Shown in pieces: positions 60,955 to 64,000 of a stretch of 64,000 bases of DNA. The stretch's first letter is position 1; every line of letters starts with the position of its first letter. The notes under the pieces are model-generated. The model was not told the origin of the DNA, ran no database searches, and saw nothing but the letters and a program-made list of their open reading frames with translations. The position numbers and the translations under genes were made by a program. Origin of the DNA: Sphaerodactylus townsendi (lineage: Eukaryota); assembly GCF_021028975.2 (NCBI RefSeq), contig NC_059435.1, positions 13,888,001 through 13,952,000 on the forward strand, given 5' to 3'.

Positions 60955-63048
60955 CTGTAACCTCCCCAAAATGAAGGTTGCATGTGAATGAAGAAGGGGG
61001 AAGAAGATGCGTGCTTGAATGGGTGGAATGGTGGCTCAGTAACATTGTACCCCAAAGTTTGGATGTGAGGAGAGCCACCTAAAATGGAGGATGGATGGCA
61101 AGAAAGGGAACATACAAGCTTGCCTGCAGCTACACCCAGCCATGGAGATACTCATATTCAATCACTGCAGCTTCCTGGCATTGCTAGACTCAAGCAACAA
61201 TAACAGTAACAACAACAATAACAATAAAATAAAGAGAGCCCTCTTTTCACCATGGGACCAGTGACATCCCATATCCAGGCAAACAAAAGCCAAGTTTTTA
61301 TCAGACAAGCAAAATAACTAAAGCGCAATTCCAAAACCAGACTCAGGGCAACAAAAAACAGCATCATCGTACAATATATTTAAAAAACCATAAAACCTTT
61401 CCATTTGAAATATACATCATTTAAATATCGACAGCTTGGCGATAAAAATGTTGTCTTTCCACTACAAGGGAGCTGCTCACAGGACATTTAAGCACTTGTG
61501 GTCTTCTTTGCTTTCAGCGTACAATTCCTTTGGGTTTCATTCTTGGTTTCCCAGGTTTCTCCTCTTCGACCCTCAGCTCACAGCATCCACACTGTTTCCA
61601 AACACTCGAAAAGTGTAGCTTTTCCTCTTCCTTTGCAGGAAGGAAGTGCAGGAAGGAAATCAGCATACATTTAGCTTACTTCGGGGTTTTCCACTCGTCC
61701 CTACTGTAGGCACAGAACAGGGAAATTATTTTATATTAAGCCAGTCAATGCCTTTTACATCTCTGTGCTGACAACCATAAGCTGTGAAGTTCTGTGCCTA
61801 CAGAAGATCACGTAGGCCTTTTGCACTAAATTGTTTAAGGTTTTCTGAGGCAAAATCATGTAGGCCTTAATCAAGCTTTCTGAAAAAGATTCTGGTAAAA
61901 ATACAGCTTAAAGTCATTGCACAGAATCATAAAAAGTGTCTTTGGTAAGAGAAAGCATTCAATGTTCCTACATTCCAAAGAAAAGATAGTTTTTATGATT
62001 CTGTGCAAGTCAAAAGCTCATGAAAATAATATCTTCAACTAAAGCATATCTAAAAGCACAGACCCAGAAATTAGAAAATAGAAATAAAGCATTTAAACAT
62101 TCAGCTAAAGTATACTTATATGTAATTTAAGCAAGTCTTTTTGAAGACATTTTTAATATTAAAAATTCTTGCTTAAAAATATAGCAAAGGCACTTTGCTT
62201 TCTAAACAGCCCTATTGTTTCTTCCCACATTCCAAAGAAAAGATACTTTCACTTAGCAACTAGCTGAAAAAGTGTGTGGAAAAAAGAACTGGTCAGCAGA
62301 ATTAAAGCAAAGTGTGAGTCAAGCCATGTGAAAATCCACATTCTTAAGAATGCTATTTAACAATGTATCGCCATGATTAACAATGATGAGAATATTGAAA
62401 CGTCATGAATTGACAGGATTTGGCTTTGCAACATTTATGGTGCATCAGCTATTTTTACCCTATAAGAACTGTGACGTTTGTATAATCAGCGGGACTCCTC
62501 TGATTCTAAATAGACCCTCTGTTGGTTTGGAATAAAAATTATTTATTTAATTCTATTCCTTGTTGGCTCAAGCTTATTAGCTAATTTTTTATTAAACACG
62601 TTACCCCGATAGTAGCCCTACCTTCCCCTACCCACACCACAGCAGTCCCTCCATCTCTTTGGCTACCATCAGGATCAGAAGGACTTTCTTTTTTTTGCTT
62701 TTAATCTCAATGCGAACCTTTATCCCTGGTGTGATAGACCCAGTGAAATTGACAAGAAACTGACATGGTCTAGCAAACGAACACTTGACCAAAGATGGAA
62801 AGGGGGGAGGGGAAAGGTGGCAGGCAAACTCCCTAAGTGGAGGTTGTGTGGAAACAGTGAGAAACTGGGGAGGATAGTGGGTGGGCTCAACTAGGTAGAC
62901 TTTACTCTCCCATACCTGACCTCTCCCCTACCTTCAAATTACTTTTCCCAAAGAAGGACTCTCTGGGGACTTCCATGCAGGCCACCTCCTGGGGGGGGTG
63001 GGGGGCACCTGTTATTTTCATGGGACCGGGGCAGGGGTTTGGAACTAT

Positions 63049-63680
63049 AAAAAAGAATCATGCGAATGAGGGAAGGGGAAGTGAGAATGTTCAGAAAAAC
63101 TAAGACATGGAGACTGACGGGAAGAAGAGGATAGGAAAATAAGAGGAGAAATAGGAAGATTATCTTTATTACATAAATGATTGTTGAGGACTTCTGTAAA
63201 ACTGTTAATGCACTCCCCTGATTATTATTGTGAATTCTCTATTACAGACTGGGGTTAGATAGTTCCAAAGCTATTACAACAGATGGTGTCCTCACAAAAT
63301 GGCTTCTCAGTGCTGTGCTTGTTGACTTTATCTGCATATCTGCTGTGGGTGCTTGGGAGGAATAAGTTGCAGCAGAATTATCGACAGTTTATATAGAAGT
63401 TGGAATCCCAAGAAAACTGGCAGCAAAGAAAAGATTAAATGTGGACAAATCATACAATCTATTTTAGGTGATTCCCCTTCCCCAGTCCTCCATTCTGTTC
63501 CTTCCTTCCTTCCTTCCATTTTTTCACTTCATCAGATCCATCATTTCCACATGGTGTGGATGGCACCATGTAAAATTCAGTTTATGGATTATTTTACACT
63601 TGGGTGTTTTTGTCAGCCCCTCCCACCTGCCAAAATCAAAAGAAAATCATACCTTTTGAATTGAGAGTTATTTTTAGGAC
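63049..63680. repeat. Segmental duplication copy 2: 560-1005 joined directly to a homolog of ~6700-6885
   Basis: 63049-63490 matches 560-1005; 63500-63678 matches the CAGATCCA..CATTTCCACATGGTG...AAATCATACCTTTTG block. Confidence 0.85.
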
Positions 63681-64000
63681 ATTTTGAGAGGCATAAGAAC
63701 AAACCAATTGCAGAGCGTTGTCCTCACTGATTGTAACCATTATTGTATTTGAAAAACCCTGACCTGCCTTTAACAGCCGTGAAGTTTAACGAGGCCAGTT
63801 GGTTAATTATCTAGAATCTGGCTAGCTGTTATATATTTACATTGAGATTACTTTGCCGTGCCGTTCTAGCTTTTGTTTATATATATTACTCCAATGGGAG
63901 AATGAAAACAATTTTCCAAAACGTTTGGTTACTGTTTGTAAAATTATAAATTTATTTGGGTTACTTAAAAGTAAAAAGCTACTCCAGTGGGAGAACTATT

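Noticed and set aside
61700-62605. Possible LTR (TATAAG, AATAAA, GTTAC end)
   Set aside because: No clear 5' terminus, TSD, PBS or second copy.

Overview
Repeat-dense eukaryotic DNA from a squamate reptile, probably a gecko (inferred from the tRNA-derived (CTT)n-tailed SINE and the hAT/CR1/L2/L1/RTE-X/Penelope/DIRS mix). No intact host gene is visible. The only recognisable host sequence is an orphan two-exon fragment of a TTLL6/TTLL13-type tubulin polyglutamylase (45470-45876). Five observations stand out. (1) A full-length RTE-X-like LINE (12-bp TSD) has ORF1 and the endonuclease ORF in one frame, separated only by TGA-CTA with no ATG before the first endonuclease motif, which points to stop-codon readthrough. 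(2) Three LINE insertions sit between ~0.43-0.49 kb direct duplications, one only partly preserved. (3) An amplified family of phase-0 Ser/Arg-rich exon-like cassettes takes its 3' splice site from an antisense Penelope segment and lies upstream of the TTLL exons. (4) A minus-strand ORF of ~215 aa can be rebuilt by removing a hAT and an L2 insertion; its C-terminal half aligns weakly to betaretroviral matrix and its 5' part is tandemly amplified. (5) Sequence at ~0.56 kb recurs at ~63 kb, suggesting a ~62.5-kb amplicon. Many frameshifts fall in homopolymers and may be assembly errors. All homologies were judged by eye from remembered family motifs; no database search was run.
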